64,000 bases of DNA, taken from NCBI GenBank assembly GCA_965213625.1, contig CBDBZU010000004.1, positions 800,001 through 864,000 of the forward strand, written 5' to 3'. A program made the translations under genes and the position numbers. Of the stretch, positions 10,002 to 20,721 are shown piece by piece. The DNA is from a bacterium (GTDB lineage: Bacteria > UBA8248). The notes beneath the pieces were generated by a model. That model searched no databases, had not been told where the DNA came from, and saw only the letters and a program-made list of their open reading frames with translations. Every line of letters starts with the position of its first letter. The first letter of the stretch is position 1.

Positions 10002-11348
10002 TTATCCCCCGGCGCCGCGCCGGGAATCGGCGGCGGGCTTCCCGCCTCTTTGGGGACGGCCTCCGGGTCCACGCCCGCCGGGTTTCATCCCGGGCCGGCC
10101 GCCCCTGCCCTGCAAGCGAACGGGCATGCCGGCTCTCAATCTCTCGTTTCCTTTCACCACGACCTGCATGCCGGCCCTGAGCGCGCCGCCCGTGGCCTCC
10201 ACGAAAGAATCCACGCTTCTGCCCTGCGTGAAGGAAACCTCGCGAACGCGCCCTTTCTCGAACACGAAGACCGAGGCGCCCCGCGCCCTGAGAATCAGCG
10301 CGTCCTTGGGCACCAGAACCATGCTGGCCGCTTTTCCGTATTCGAGGTTCAGGCGGGCGAACATGCCGGCCTTGAGGTCGTAGGACTCGGTATTTTTTAT
10401 CTCCACTTCCACCGGGAAGGTGCGGCTCTTTGTGTCCGCCTTGGGTATGACGCCACGCACCCGGCCCGTGAACACCCGGCCTCCCAGAGCGTCGACGACG
10501 ACGCGCGCCTCATCGCCCACGCGCACCAGGGAGATGCGCCGCTCCGCAATCGGGGCCTGCACCAGCACCCTGTCGAGTTCGATGACCTCGGCCACGCGGC
10601 CCCCCTTCGTGAGCCACTGGCCGACCTCCACCCACTCCTGGGTGATGAAACCCGTGAGCGGGGAACGAATTTTCGTCTTGGCCAGATCGTCTCGCACCCG
10701 GGCGACGCGCGCCCGCACCCGGTCCATTTCCGCCTTGGCGCGGGCCTTCTCTTCCTTCCGGGGGCCGAGCCTGGCAATCTCCAGGTTGCGCGAAGCCTCC
10801 TCGAACATCTGCCAACTGGCCTCGTAGGCGGCTTCTGCGCGATCGAGACTGGCCTTGTCCAGAATTTTCTTCTCATACAGATCCCGCGCGCGGTTCAGCT
10901 CGAGCTCGTTGTTCCTCATCTGCGCTTCGCGCTCGCGCACTTTGGCCTGATGCGCCGCGATCTCCTCGGGACGCATTCCGCGTTCCAGTCGCAGCAGGTC
11001 CTGGCGCGCCTTCTCGAGCTCCGCCCGCAGGATGCGCAGGTCGATCTGCAGCCCCGAACGCCCCACCGTGGCGATCACCGTCTTGTTCGCTCGGACGAAA
11101 TCGCCCACCTTGAGCGGGGCCGTCTGCACCCGGCCCTCGAGTTCGCTGCTCACGACCGACCGGCGGTAGGGCGCCACGCTACCCACGGCGGTGAGGCGGT
11201 TTCTCACCTGACGCTCAACAACCTTCGCCACAGACACCAGCGGCGGAGGCCGCTTACGCGGACGGCCAGCCTCGGAAGTGGCGACATCCAAGCCGAAAGA
11301 CACAAATATGATGAGGAAAGGAATGGTTCGGGCGACGAGAGAGTTCAC
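10002..11348 (-). CDS. RND periplasmic adaptor (membrane fusion protein)
   Basis: Signal region, long coiled coil, IRSPLTG, SRTFPV, GMFAR; adjacent to the RND permease. Confidence 0.9.
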   Translation of the reverse strand: MNSLVARTIPFLIIFVSFGLDVATSEAGRPRKRPPPLVSVAKVVERQVRNRLTAVGSVAPYRRSVVSSELEGRVQTAPLKVGDFVRANKTVIATVGRSGLQIDLRILRAELEKARQDLLRLERGMRPEEIAAHQAKVREREAQMRNNELELNRARDLYEKKILDKASLDRAEAAYEASWQMFEEASRNLEIARLGPRKEEKARAKAEMDRVRARVARVRDDLAKTKIRSPLTGFITQEWVEVGQWLTKGGRVAEVIELDRVLVQAPIAERRISLVRVGDEARVVVDALGGRVFTGRVRGVIPKADTKSRTFPVEVEIKNTESYDLKAGMFARLNLEYGKAASMVLVPKDALILRARGASVFVFEKGRVREVSFTQGRSVDSFVEATGGALRAGMQVVVKGNERLRAGMPVRLQGRGGRPGMKPGGRGPGGRPQRGGKPAADSRRGAGG

Positions 11349-11580
11349 GAATCTCCTCTTTTCTCAGAAAGTCGCGCAATGCGCGCCTGCTTTCAGCGGC
11401 AATAATTTGAAGTATCATCCCAAAACCCTTGAAAAACCGCAACTAAAGAGTTGAGTCACCGAAATCGCACAATGCGTGAGCGCACGCTCGAACTTTCTAC
11501 TTGTCCTTTGGGAATCCAGGGTTCATAATGACGCCCTGGAAACAGATACCACGCCCGCCGCTCAGAAACGGCTTACTCCA

Positions 11581-13197
11581 ATGCGCATCGTTCTCGCCGG
11601 TCACAACGTCGACGTCGACGTGCTCCGCCAGATGAAAAAAGAGATCATCGAGCCCGCCGCCCGCGGCTGGGAGGAGAACCGACTCGACGCCATGAGCGAG
11701 GCCGAACTGCGCACGCAGGCGGCGGAACTCCAGCGCAGGGCCGCCGATTTTCTCGAACGCGACAACCTGACGCCCGAGCCCATCAGCGCGTCCTACGCGC
11801 GCATCAGTCGGGACCCGAGGCCCATCGACGAGCTTCGCGCCATCGCGCGAGAAGAGGTGGAAAAGGCGCGAAAGAGCAACCAGACCATCATCTTCGGCTA
11901 CGGGCACAGTTCCGTGGCCGAGCACGCGAGCTTCAACATCGACGTCATCGGCGTGAGCCGCTACGCGGTGGAGGAAATTCAGAAGTTCAGGCTCCTGGCC
12001 TACACCGAGAAGAGCCAGCGCTACATCCTGCTCGAAGACGATTTCGTAATCCCTGAGGAAATCGAAAAAGCAAGCCTTAAAAACCTCTTCGTGCGGACGA
12101 TAAAGGCCCAGAACGCCTGCTATCACGCGCTGTATGAGAAGCTCAGGCCCTGGGTGTTCGACCAGAACCCTGAGCTCGCCGCCAAGAAGCGAAACCACAA
12201 GACGCTCGAGGGCTGGGCCAAGGAGGACGCGCGCTACATCGTCTCCTTCGCCACGGAATCGCAGATCGGCATGACGCTCAGCGCGAGGAGCCTCGAGCAC
12301 GTCATCTGCCGCTGCGCCTCGCACCCCCTCGCGGAAATCAGGGAATACGCGCGCCGTCTGTATGAATGCGTTGGCGGCGTCGCGCCCTCGCTCGTAAAAT
12401 ACACCGACCCCACCGAATACAACATGAACACCCGGGCGGCGCTTCGAGAGAATGCCTTGGGTTTCATCGAGCGAATGAATGAGGAGTCCACGCCGGCTCC
12501 GCCCATCGCCGAGGAGAAAGACGTCTCCCTCATCGACGTCACCCCGGATGCAGACGCCCTCGTCGCCGCAGCCCTACTCCATTCATCCTCAGGAAAAACG
12601 ATGGCGCATTGTAATGCGGCGGCCAGGGAGATGAGCGAAGATGAGCGCGCGCGTTTCATCGCCTCCACCTTCAAGCTCATGCGCGGTCACGACGCCGTGC
12701 TTCGCGAATTCGAGAACGTGCGCTGCGTGTTCGAGGTGACGCTATCCGCAGCCTGCTTCGGGCAGTTAAAACGCCACCGCATGTCCACTTTGAACACCCA
12801 GCCCTACGACATCACATTGGGCGTGACCATGCCCTCTGCTATCGCCGAGGCGGGCGCAGCGCCTGAGTTCCAGGCCGCCGTGGATGAGACCAACGCCGCG
12901 TACGAGAAAATCGCCGAGCATACCCCCCTGGCCGCGCCCTACGTGCTCACGAACGCGCACAAACGGCGCGTGCTGTTCTCATCGAACGCGCGCGAGCTTT
13001 ACCACGTATCGAGGCTTAGAGAGGACCCCCACGCACAGTGGGACATTCGCGAAAAGTCCACGCAGATGATCAGACTCGCGAAAAAGGTCATGCCCGCCAC
13101 CATGCAACTCGCGGTCGGGAAGCACCTGTTCGAGGAAACCCACGCGGCGCTCTTTCCGCAAGAAGTCGAGGAAGCAAAAAAAGAGACCGTCAAGTAG
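11581..13197 (+). CDS. thyX: FAD-dependent thymidylate synthase with two ThyX domains
   Basis: GHSSVAEH, EKSQRY, EDARY in the N-terminal domain; QLKRHR, NARELYH, HAQWDIR in the C-terminal domain. Confidence 0.85.
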   Translation: MRIVLAGHNVDVDVLRQMKKEIIEPAARGWEENRLDAMSEAELRTQAAELQRRAADFLERDNLTPEPISASYARISRDPRPIDELRAIAREEVEKARKSNQTIIFGYGHSSVAEHASFNIDVIGVSRYAVEEIQKFRLLAYTEKSQRYILLEDDFVIPEEIEKASLKNLFVRTIKAQNACYHALYEKLRPWVFDQNPELAAKKRNHKTLEGWAKEDARYIVSFATESQIGMTLSARSLEHVICRCASHPLAEIREYARRLYECVGGVAPSLVKYTDPTEYNMNTRAALRENALGFIERMNEESTPAPPIAEEKDVSLIDVTPDADALVAAALLHSSSGKTMAHCNAAAREMSEDERARFIASTFKLMRGHDAVLREFENVRCVFEVTLSAACFGQLKRHRMSTLNTQPYDITLGVTMPSAIAEAGAAPEFQAAVDETNAAYEKIAEHTPLAAPYVLTNAHKRRVLFSSNARELYHVSRLREDPHAQWDIREKSTQMIRLAKKVMPATMQLAVGKHLFEETHAALFPQEVEEAKKETVK

Positions 13198-15592
13198 CGG
13201 CTTCCGCACCCGCCTTTTGCCGGAACAGGACCGCGCCCCCGGCAGCCAGTCCCAGAACGTGCAGCCATGCAGGCCCCAGGAACAGGAGCAGCGATGCGCC
13301 AATCATCACGGTTCGCATCGTGGCGTTCATCGGTGCGCGGCCGAACCCCATCGTCGCCATCGATAGTAGCGCTATCCCTGCGCAACTCACGGCGAGTCGG
13401 TAGGCCACCGTCCAGAAAGTCCCCTCGAGCAACAGGAGTTCGGGGTAGTACACGAACAGATAAGGCACGATGAAGGCGGTAACCGCCAGCCTGCAGGCGG
13501 TGAAGCCCGTCTGCATCGGGTTCGCGCCCGATATGCCCGACGCGCCATATGCGGCCAGCGCCACGGGCGGCGTGATGGAGCTGATGACCCCGAAATAGAA
13601 GATAAAGAAGTGCGCGGCCACCAGCGGCGCGCCCAGGCTCGTGACAGAGGGCGCCACCACGATGACCAGAAGCAGATAGGCGGCGATGGTCGGAAGCCCC
13701 ATGCCCATCACGAGCGAGGCGATCATCACCAGGAAAAACGCGAGGAACAGGGAGGTCGCCGCCATCTCCGTCACCAGGATCGATATGCGCACGCCGACCG
13801 CTGCGAGCACCAGGAGGCCGACGATGAGGCCGATAGCCGAAGTCGCCGCGACCAGCCCAAGCGAGTTCTTGGCGCCTGCCTCCAGGCTTCTCAGGACGGC
13901 GGAGCCCAAGTCGCGTGCGCTCGTCTTCGCCTCGGGCGTCTCCCCGGCCCGGAATACGGGAAGCACGATCAGATAAATCACTATAAAAAACAACGCTATG
14001 GGCAGCAAAAGCCCGACGTATGGAATCTGCCCGACCCACGCGAGTTCAGATGGTATCTTCCAGCGCGCCAGACCAAGCGCGATGGGGAATATAATCGGCA
14101 GCCCCCGCCACCCCGGAACCGCCGCGAAGCAGACCCCGACCATCACCAACGCCAGCCTGTGGAGCGGAACTTCACCTACGAGAGGCAGAGCTATGTTCTG
14201 CGAGACGGCCAACGGCGCATTCACCGGCCCGAAAGCGAAGAAGATGGCCCCCAGAATCAATGCGCCCGCCAGATACACGCACGGGTTCCCCCAGCGCGCC
14301 CGGATGAGCCTGAGCGAGCGCACCAGGTCCACCATCACCAGGAGCGATACCACCGCCTTGTATCCCGCCAGGCCCGGCGTCTCACCGCTCACGATGCTGC
14401 CCAGCAAGATCAGCACGGGTATCAGGAGGTAGCCCCCTTGTTGCACCTGCTCCCTGGCGTCGGGTATTTCCGAAGCATCCATTCTCTCCAGACCGAGCCT
14501 GCGCGCCTCGAAATAAATCGACGTGGATAGGCTGAAGTAATATAAAAAAGCGGGAATCAGCCCGTATAGCATCAAATAGACGTAGGGCACCTCGATGATC
14601 TCGGACATGATGAAGACGCTGGCGCCCATGATGGGCGGCACGATTTGCCCGCCGCACGAGGCCACCGCTTCCACCGCGCCCGCAAACAGCCGTGTGAATC
14701 CGGTGCGGATCATCAGCGGTATCGTGAACGTGCCCGTGCTCACCACGTTGGCCATGGTTGAGCCAGAGACCATCCCGAACATCGAACTGGCCACGACCGC
14801 CGCCTGGGCGGGACCGCCCCGGAAGCGCCCCGTGAGCGCGAACGCGAGGTTGATGAGTATCTGCCCGGTCCCGGTCGCCTCCAGAAGAGCGGAGAACAGG
14901 ATAAAGATAAAGATGAACTCGCTCATGATGGCCGAGATGGTGCCGAACGTGCCCTCCGAGGTGAGCCACAGGTAGGCGGCCAGCCGGCTGTGCTCCTCCC
15001 CCTTGAACGTATAGATGGCGGGGTCCAGGAAACCGCGTCCCGGCAGCAAGAAGAACAAGACGGCAAGCGCGGCGAAGCCCACCGCGATTTTGAGGTTCGC
15101 ATATCGCTTGATGGCGATGAACACGATAACGCAGGAGAAAAAGATGAGCGTCACGTCGCCCAGATAGGCGTAGACCACGATGCTAAGCGTCACCAGGAAC
15201 AGGGGAACGCCGGCCGCACGGCGCACCATCTCGAGCAGCATGACAGGGCCCAGCCCTGCGACGATGAGGTCGAGCCCGGTCTCGGCCCCGCTTCTGTCCG
15301 CCAGGGCTTCCTCTTCGACGACGAGATAGATGCAGGCGTAAAGCGCCAGGCCGATGAAAAGCGCGTCCCACCCGACGGCGAACGCGCGGGCGGGGGGAGT
15401 CATATCCTCGCGCTCGCGCCAATCCAGCATCGGCTTCGTAAGGAAGACCAGTACGCTCGCAAAGGTGAGCATGGTCGCGCGCTGCGCGAAAGGGGAGAGA
15501 ATCCCGAAGCCGACGGTGTAGAGTTCGAACAGGGAAAAACCCAGCGCGAGCGCCGTGACGATTATGGGGTTGAGCCTGCGGTAGGCGTCCAA
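13190..15592 (-). CDS. TRAP transporter fused 4TM/12TM permease
   Basis: GGPAQAAV, GGQIVPPIMGA, GMGLPT, TPPVALAAY; next to a TAXI gene. Confidence 0.9.
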   Translation of the reverse strand: MDAYRRLNPIIVTALALGFSLFELYTVGFGILSPFAQRATMLTFASVLVFLTKPMLDWREREDMTPPARAFAVGWDALFIGLALYACIYLVVEEEALADRSGAETGLDLIVAGLGPVMLLEMVRRAAGVPLFLVTLSIVVYAYLGDVTLIFFSCVIVFIAIKRYANLKIAVGFAALAVLFFLLPGRGFLDPAIYTFKGEEHSRLAAYLWLTSEGTFGTISAIMSEFIFIFILFSALLEATGTGQILINLAFALTGRFRGGPAQAAVVASSMFGMVSGSTMANVVSTGTFTIPLMIRTGFTRLFAGAVEAVASCGGQIVPPIMGASVFIMSEIIEVPYVYLMLYGLIPAFLYYFSLSTSIYFEARRLGLERMDASEIPDAREQVQQGGYLLIPVLILLGSIVSGETPGLAGYKAVVSLLVMVDLVRSLRLIRARWGNPCVYLAGALILGAIFFAFGPVNAPLAVSQNIALPLVGEVPLHRLALVMVGVCFAAVPGWRGLPIIFPIALGLARWKIPSELAWVGQIPYVGLLLPIALFFIVIYLIVLPVFRAGETPEAKTSARDLGSAVLRSLEAGAKNSLGLVAATSAIGLIVGLLVLAAVGVRISILVTEMAATSLFLAFFLVMIASLVMGMGLPTIAAYLLLVIVVAPSVTSLGAPLVAAHFFIFYFGVISSITPPVALAAYGASGISGANPMQTGFTACRLAVTAFIVPYLFVYYPELLLLEGTFWTVAYRLAVSCAGIALLSMATMGFGRAPMNATMRTVMIGASLLLFLGPAWLHVLGLAAGGAVLFRQKAGAEAAT

Positions 15593-15693
15593 TGCGGTTC
15601 ACACCTTAGGATACGAGGCGAAGAATCCTCCCCCCTGTGGATTATCCACCTCCACAGGGGGGATTTCCTGATTATCAGAACACGCAGAACGCC

Positions 15694-16662
15694 CTAGCAG
15701 CCCTTGGCGCCCACTTCCTTGTAGTAGCGCTTGGCGCCGTCATGCACCGGAAAGGATAGCCCCTGGCAGGCGCCTGCGAGCGTGACGTTCTTCGCAGCTT
15801 TGGCCGTGCCGTAGAATTCCTTCAGGTTGCCGAACAGGGTTTTCGTCACCTTATACACGGTGTCTGCGCTCACGTGAGTGCTGGTGGAGAACCCGAAGTT
15901 GATGAAGATGGTGCGGATAGGCTTTTTGTTCACCTGGTTTTTGCCGTAGGTGCCCGGCGCGATGGTGGTCGCCGTTAGGCCGGGACCGTAGGTGGCCACC
16001 ACGTGCTTCACGGCCGCCTCGTCCATGTCCACCAGACGGATTTTCTTGAGCGCCGCCAACTCCTGCACGAGGCCCATCGGCGCCATGCCCATCGTGAGGT
16101 GGGCAGCGACGTTGCCGTTTCTCAACTGGCCGAATCCGCCCCGGAAACCGGGCGTGCTTTCATTATACTGGCCCTTTTTGAGACCGTGCGCGGGTAAGAA
16201 ATAGCGCGCATACGTCTGGGTGGTGCTGGCGGCCGAGCCCACCGATACCTTCTTTCCCTTCACGTCCTTCAGGTTCATGACGCCCGAATCCGCCAGGGCC
16301 AGCCACTGGAACTGCCCGAAGGGATACGCCAGAACGGCGCGCAGGTTTTTCTTGGGGCCTTCTTTCTTGAAGCGCCTCTCTCCCTTGTAGGCCCATGCGC
16401 CCACCGGACCGCCGAGTCCCCAGGCGAACTGCGCCTGGCCCTTGGCGATGATGCGCGCCTGCGCAACCATGCCTTTTGCCGATTGCGGCGTGGCGCTGAT
16501 GCCCGCCTTGGATTTAAGGATTTTGCTCAGCCCCACGGCGAACTGATAGGGCTGGCCCTTGAGGCCGCCGCCCAGAATGGTGACCGACTGCGCAGACGCG
16601 ACAGCGGCGAAGATGAATACGGCCGAAACCGCGACGACGATGCTCAAAAATGTGCGTTTCAT
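15694..16662 (-). CDS. TAXI family TRAP solute-binding protein
   Basis: Signal peptide, DVKGKKVSVG, VYKVTK, PVHDGAKRYYKEVG. Confidence 0.9.
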   Translation of the reverse strand: MKRTFLSIVVAVSAVFIFAAVASAQSVTILGGGLKGQPYQFAVGLSKILKSKAGISATPQSAKGMVAQARIIAKGQAQFAWGLGGPVGAWAYKGERRFKKEGPKKNLRAVLAYPFGQFQWLALADSGVMNLKDVKGKKVSVGSAASTTQTYARYFLPAHGLKKGQYNESTPGFRGGFGQLRNGNVAAHLTMGMAPMGLVQELAALKKIRLVDMDEAAVKHVVATYGPGLTATTIAPGTYGKNQVNKKPIRTIFINFGFSTSTHVSADTVYKVTKTLFGNLKEFYGTAKAAKNVTLAGACQGLSFPVHDGAKRYYKEVGAKGC

Positions 16663-17012
16663 CGAATTGCCTCCTTGGTAATAATGCCGGAAAAACCCCG
16701 CTCGAAAGCGAGGCGCGCGAAATGAAATAAATCTCTCAGGATCAAATACACATGGTGCGATGAGATGATCCTAACACAAGAGCCTTCAGCGCTTAAAATT
16801 AAAATTCTCTAACCCATTCTGGCGCGATGAACCGTGACGAATATCTCGAACAAAGGGCGGCGGGTGTGAGGTTGTCCGTCTTGTTTCTCCCGTGTGAAAA
16901 TTTCCCTCCCCACTCAAAATTGACGCAGACCTGCAAAGGGCTTAGGCTGGTAGCGTTCCTTCGGTATTCAACGCAAATGCCGCCGGGAAAGGCTATTTCT
17001 CGAGAGGTCGCC

Positions 17013-17528
17013 ATGGTGACTTTCTTCCAGACGCTCATTCGCCCCGATCGGGAGGAAAGCGCCCAGCGCGCCGAAGTCGCCAAAGCGGCGAATCTGCTGC
17101 AAGTGGGGGAGTTTCAGTTTTTACAACTCGCCTACAGTGAATGGTACAGCGAGGAGATGTCCGAAGAACTCATCAATCAACTCTTCATGGCCTATATGCT
17201 TTATGATCAAGTGCCCTTCTGGGCGCGCCGACATGCGCACAAAATACTGGCCCTGGACAAGCAAGGCGAATTGAACGAGAACGACCCCGCTTACCATAGG
17301 TATGATAAGGATTACGGCAAAAAGATCCCCGCAGATATCAAGCGCTTCATCGTGACCGCCACCCTCATGGTATCGATCATGACCGGCATCGTCTGGCTCA
17401 GCCATCTCGTCGCCGGGGAGAGCACTTCTTTCCTGCCGCCATATTTCGAGAAAAAAGAGATGAAGGCGATGGTGAAGGAGCCTAAGATAGAGGATACGTC
17501 CCTGGCGCCGGGCCGTTATAACAGATAG
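17013..17528 (+). CDS. hypothetical membrane-anchored protein
   Basis: GAGG RBS before ATG 17013; one hydrophobic segment near the C-terminus. Confidence 0.6.
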   Translation: MVTFFQTLIRPDREESAQRAEVAKAANLLQVGEFQFLQLAYSEWYSEEMSEELINQLFMAYMLYDQVPFWARRHAHKILALDKQGELNENDPAYHRYDKDYGKKIPADIKRFIVTATLMVSIMTGIVWLSHLVAGESTSFLPPYFEKKEMKAMVKEPKIEDTSLAPGRYNR

Positions 17529-17557
17529 CGTGGATTAACTTCCCATCCGAGGTCGTC

Positions 17558-17758
17558 ATGTTCGAATTCGCAGGCGAGAACCAACAAGCCGTGAACTTCA
17601 TCTTCCTGTTCGTCACGGGCTTCATCGCCATCAAGGCCATCCGCACGAAAAATCCCGATGGCGGAGCCGATTTCGTGCATCTGCTATTCGGCTGCATCGC
17701 CGCGGTGTTCTTCTTTCTGGTCCTTTTCCAGGACGTGCTCGGCATCGTGAGGTTCTAG
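17558..17758 (+). CDS. small two-TM hypothetical protein
   Basis: GAGG RBS, two hydrophobic helices, 66 aa. Confidence 0.55.
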   Translation: MFEFAGENQQAVNFIFLFVTGFIAIKAIRTKNPDGGADFVHLLFGCIAAVFFFLVLFQDVLGIVRF

Positions 17759-17800
17759 AACGTCACGCCTGTTGATACGCCGGGCCTCTTTGCTTGATCT

Positions 17801-18415
17801 TCAGGGTTTGTGCATGCGCTGTTCCGCGTCGATCTCGGGCACGCGCAACAGGCGTCTTTCCGGCGGGAGCGCGAGTTGTTCCTTTAAGTATATCGCGCGC
17901 TTGCGTACTGAGGACGGGTTCGGCGTACCGTAGATCACTTTATCGATGATTCCCGGTCCGTCCACCGCACCCCGGTCGGTCCTGAGCGCCTCGATGTAAT
18001 CTGCGAGCGCCTCCTTGTAACGGCCCTTGATGTCGTGGACGATGCCCCGGTTGGCGTAGGCCGCCGCCATGAGGCCGGCGCCCGTCGCGTCGTCTGGTTC
18101 GATATTTTTCTCGAGGTAATCGATGAGGTAGGTGAGTTCGGCCGAGGCCTTGTCGTACTCCTTCGTCCGGATGAACACCAACGCGCGGCCCATCAGCGCG
18201 CCGCGGTGGTTTGGCCACTCGCGAAGCGCCCGGTTGAAGCTCGTCAGCGCCTCCTCGTAGTTCCCCTCGCTCAGGCGGATATCGCCCTCGCGCGTGGCGT
18301 AATCCCCCGGCTTCTCGTCGGTATACATCTCCCACAGCGCCCATGCGGAAAACATGACGAAAATGAGAATCGCCATGTTCTTGATGAAGCGCTTCAGTAC
18401 GCGCGGGTTCATCAT
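17801..18415 (-). CDS. membrane-anchored TPR protein
   Basis: N-terminal TM then TPR-like repeats (YEEALTSFNRAL, AAYANRG...YKEALADY); ATGA overlap with the upstream gene. Confidence 0.8.
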   Translation of the reverse strand: MMNPRVLKRFIKNMAILIFVMFSAWALWEMYTDEKPGDYATREGDIRLSEGNYEEALTSFNRALREWPNHRGALMGRALVFIRTKEYDKASAELTYLIDYLEKNIEPDDATGAGLMAAAYANRGIVHDIKGRYKEALADYIEALRTDRGAVDGPGIIDKVIYGTPNPSSVRKRAIYLKEQLALPPERRLLRVPEIDAEQRMHKP

Positions 18416-18651
18416 GGCCCCCGAAAAAGATGCGCCACATAGAAGTAGGAAAACACAAAGCACAGCAGCAGCGCCGTCATGCCCGCGCGCTTTTTGAGGT
18501 CGAGGCGTTCTTCGTCCGAGGTTTCCGTCCCGTCTTTCTCCGCCCGCCTGACATAGAGCGTCCAGATGAGTTGACGCACGGGCAGAAACAGCGCAGCGGC
18601 CAGCGCGAGCACCCAGAGCAGCGAGTATTTTGCGGTGAACAATTCAGCCAT
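18412..18651 (-). CDS. small two-TM membrane protein
   Basis: 79 aa with two hydrophobic helices; translationally coupled to the TPR gene. Confidence 0.65.
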   Translation of the reverse strand: MAELFTAKYSLLWVLALAAALFLPVRQLIWTLYVRRAEKDGTETSDEERLDLKKRAGMTALLLCFVFSYFYVAHLFRGP

Positions 18652-18747
18652 GGGGTTATTTAGCCATCAGGGCGGCGAAGAAACAACACGGGGGAGGGAC
18701 TAAGCGCCCCTCCCCCGCATGGCGATACTGTTACATCACGGTCTCGT

Positions 18748-20721
18748 CTAGGACGATCCCGCCTGCTCTGCGACCACGTCGCCGATGTCCTCCACAAGCG
18801 CCTCGATTTCCGTATCCGGCACCGTGGACATCTCCATCTTGTAGGCGAGCATCCACATCATGCCCACGCCAAGGGCCCAGAAGAGGATCTGCCAGGCCCA
18901 AATAGAGGGCATGCCGAACGTCCATGCTGCCCGCCCCGCGTTCGGAGCGCCGAAGATCCAGTTGCCGATGACGGCGCCCGGTCCGATACCGAAGAACATC
19001 CAGGCCAGTGTAACGCCCCACGCCATGGGCACGAGACTCTGTTTCTCCGGCGAGAGCGAAGCGTGTTCGGCCAGGAAGTCGTGATACTTCTGCCTGTGCG
19101 CCGACGACGCCGCGTCCTGCGTTTGCGCGGAGACGATCCAGCACACCGCCACGTTGAAGATGATGCCCCAGCCGGCGGAGTGAATCGTCCACGGCCAGCG
19201 TCCCCAGATGTCGATGCCGATTCCCTTGAGAATCGTGAGGCCGAAGTTCTCTGTGAAGATGACGGCCAGCAGACCCGCCGCCAGTCCCCAGGTGGCACCT
19301 TGCCTCGTAATCTTCGGGTACCAGCAAACCGCCACCAGCGGCGGCCACATCTGGAAGCCGAAGGCGACGGCGAGTCCTCCAAGCAACACCAGGGCGTCCC
19401 GCGAGAACGTCGCCACGAGAAGGGCCGAGACCACGATTATCAAAACGCCTATCCGGCCCGCCACTTTCTGGGTTTCATGCGAGGCGCCGGGGTTCAGGTA
19501 CCTCTTGTAGAGATCGCGGGTGAGCATGCCGCCCGCCGTGGACATATACGCCGCACCCGTGGACTGCATGGCCGCCAGCGCACAGACCGCGAGAAGTCCG
19601 ACCAGCCATGGCGCCGCGTCCGCAATGTAGTTGAAGTAGTACGGCACCAGCGAGTCGGGCTTTTTCGCAATGGACGCGGCCAGCACGTCCGATAGCGCAA
19701 GTCCCGCTTTGGTCACCGCCGGGTTCGCGCCGAGAAGGTGCGCGCCCATACCCTGGAACGCGGTGAAGAAGAACAGGATGAACCCGATGCCCGCAGAAGA
19801 CGCCCAGACCTGCTGGGGCGCGAAGGGGCGCGGGTTGTTGTTCGAGAACGCCCACATGGAGAACGCCGGGGAAGACTGAATCCCCATCAGCGCGAACATG
19901 TAGGTCAGGCACATGATGCCCGTCCACAGACCGCCCACGGGCGTCTGCTTGCCCAGGCCGGCCGTGAACTGGATGACGCCCGGAATGGCGAAGTAGGCGT
20001 TGTAGTCGCCGCCGCCGTATCCTTTCGTCGTCCCCCACTTGCCCACCGGGGAGGCCGCCAGCTTGGCGAGGCCTTCGTTCAGCGCACCCCATCCGCCTGC
20101 GATGCTGAGCGCTATGAAGCCCGTGATGATGATGCCCAGCGCGAGGAGAATGCACTGGAGCGTATCCACGTAGGCAACGGCGCGCAGACCCCCGGCTGCC
20201 ACGTAGATGAGCACGACTGCCGAGAGCAGCCACATGCCCACGTTAACGCTGAAAGCGCCATCGGTCAGCACGTTGAACAAGAAGCCCGAGGCCCCGAGTT
20301 GCACGCCGAGGTAGGGAATCGAGAACAGCAGCGCCACGATGACCGTGAGGATGCGGATTGCGTCTCCCTGGAAGTAGTCGGCGAACATTTCCCCGGGCGT
20401 GACATATCCGTAGCGTTTGCCCAGCATCCACTGGCGCTTCAGGAATATCACCCCGGTAAAGGGAATGGTGATTGTGTAGAAGGATGCGTAGGCGTACTGG
20501 AACCCGTCTCGATAGACCAGTCCCGGGTGTCCCATGAACGTCCACCCCGAAAACGACGTCGCCGTCGCCGCCAGGACGAACACCCACATTGATAGCTGGC
20601 GACCCGCAATGAAGTAGTCACCAGCCGTCCTCGCCATCCTCGCGCACTTGATGCCCCAGAAAATACAGTAGGCCCAATAGAGCACGACGAAGGCGAATAG
20701 CCAGAAAATCTTCGCATTCAT
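18748..20721 (-). CDS. sodium:solute symporter family protein
   Basis: DYFIAGR, ATSFSGWTFMGHPG, GGLRAVAYVD, AAMQST; many TM helices. Confidence 0.9.
   Translation of the reverse strand: MNAKIFWLFAFVVLYWAYCIFWGIKCARMARTAGDYFIAGRQLSMWVFVLAATATSFSGWTFMGHPGLVYRDGFQYAYASFYTITIPFTGVIFLKRQWMLGKRYGYVTPGEMFADYFQGDAIRILTVIVALLFSIPYLGVQLGASGFLFNVLTDGAFSVNVGMWLLSAVVLIYVAAGGLRAVAYVDTLQCILLALGIIITGFIALSIAGGWGALNEGLAKLAASPVGKWGTTKGYGGGDYNAYFAIPGVIQFTAGLGKQTPVGGLWTGIMCLTYMFALMGIQSSPAFSMWAFSNNNPRPFAPQQVWASSAGIGFILFFFTAFQGMGAHLLGANPAVTKAGLALSDVLAASIAKKPDSLVPYYFNYIADAAPWLVGLLAVCALAAMQSTGAAYMSTAGGMLTRDLYKRYLNPGASHETQKVAGRIGVLIIVVSALLVATFSRDALVLLGGLAVAFGFQMWPPLVAVCWYPKITRQGATWGLAAGLLAVIFTENFGLTILKGIGIDIWGRWPWTIHSAGWGIIFNVAVCWIVSAQTQDAASSAHRQKYHDFLAEHASLSPEKQSLVPMAWGVTLAWMFFGIGPGAVIGNWIFGAPNAGRAAWTFGMPSIWAWQILFWALGVGMMWMLAYKMEMSTVPDTEIEALVEDIGDVVAEQAGSS

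Noticed and set aside
16725-16750. Glycine-riboswitch-like ATCTCTCAGG
   Set aside because: Opposite strand to the TAXI gene, and the GGAGA/CCGAAG elements are absent
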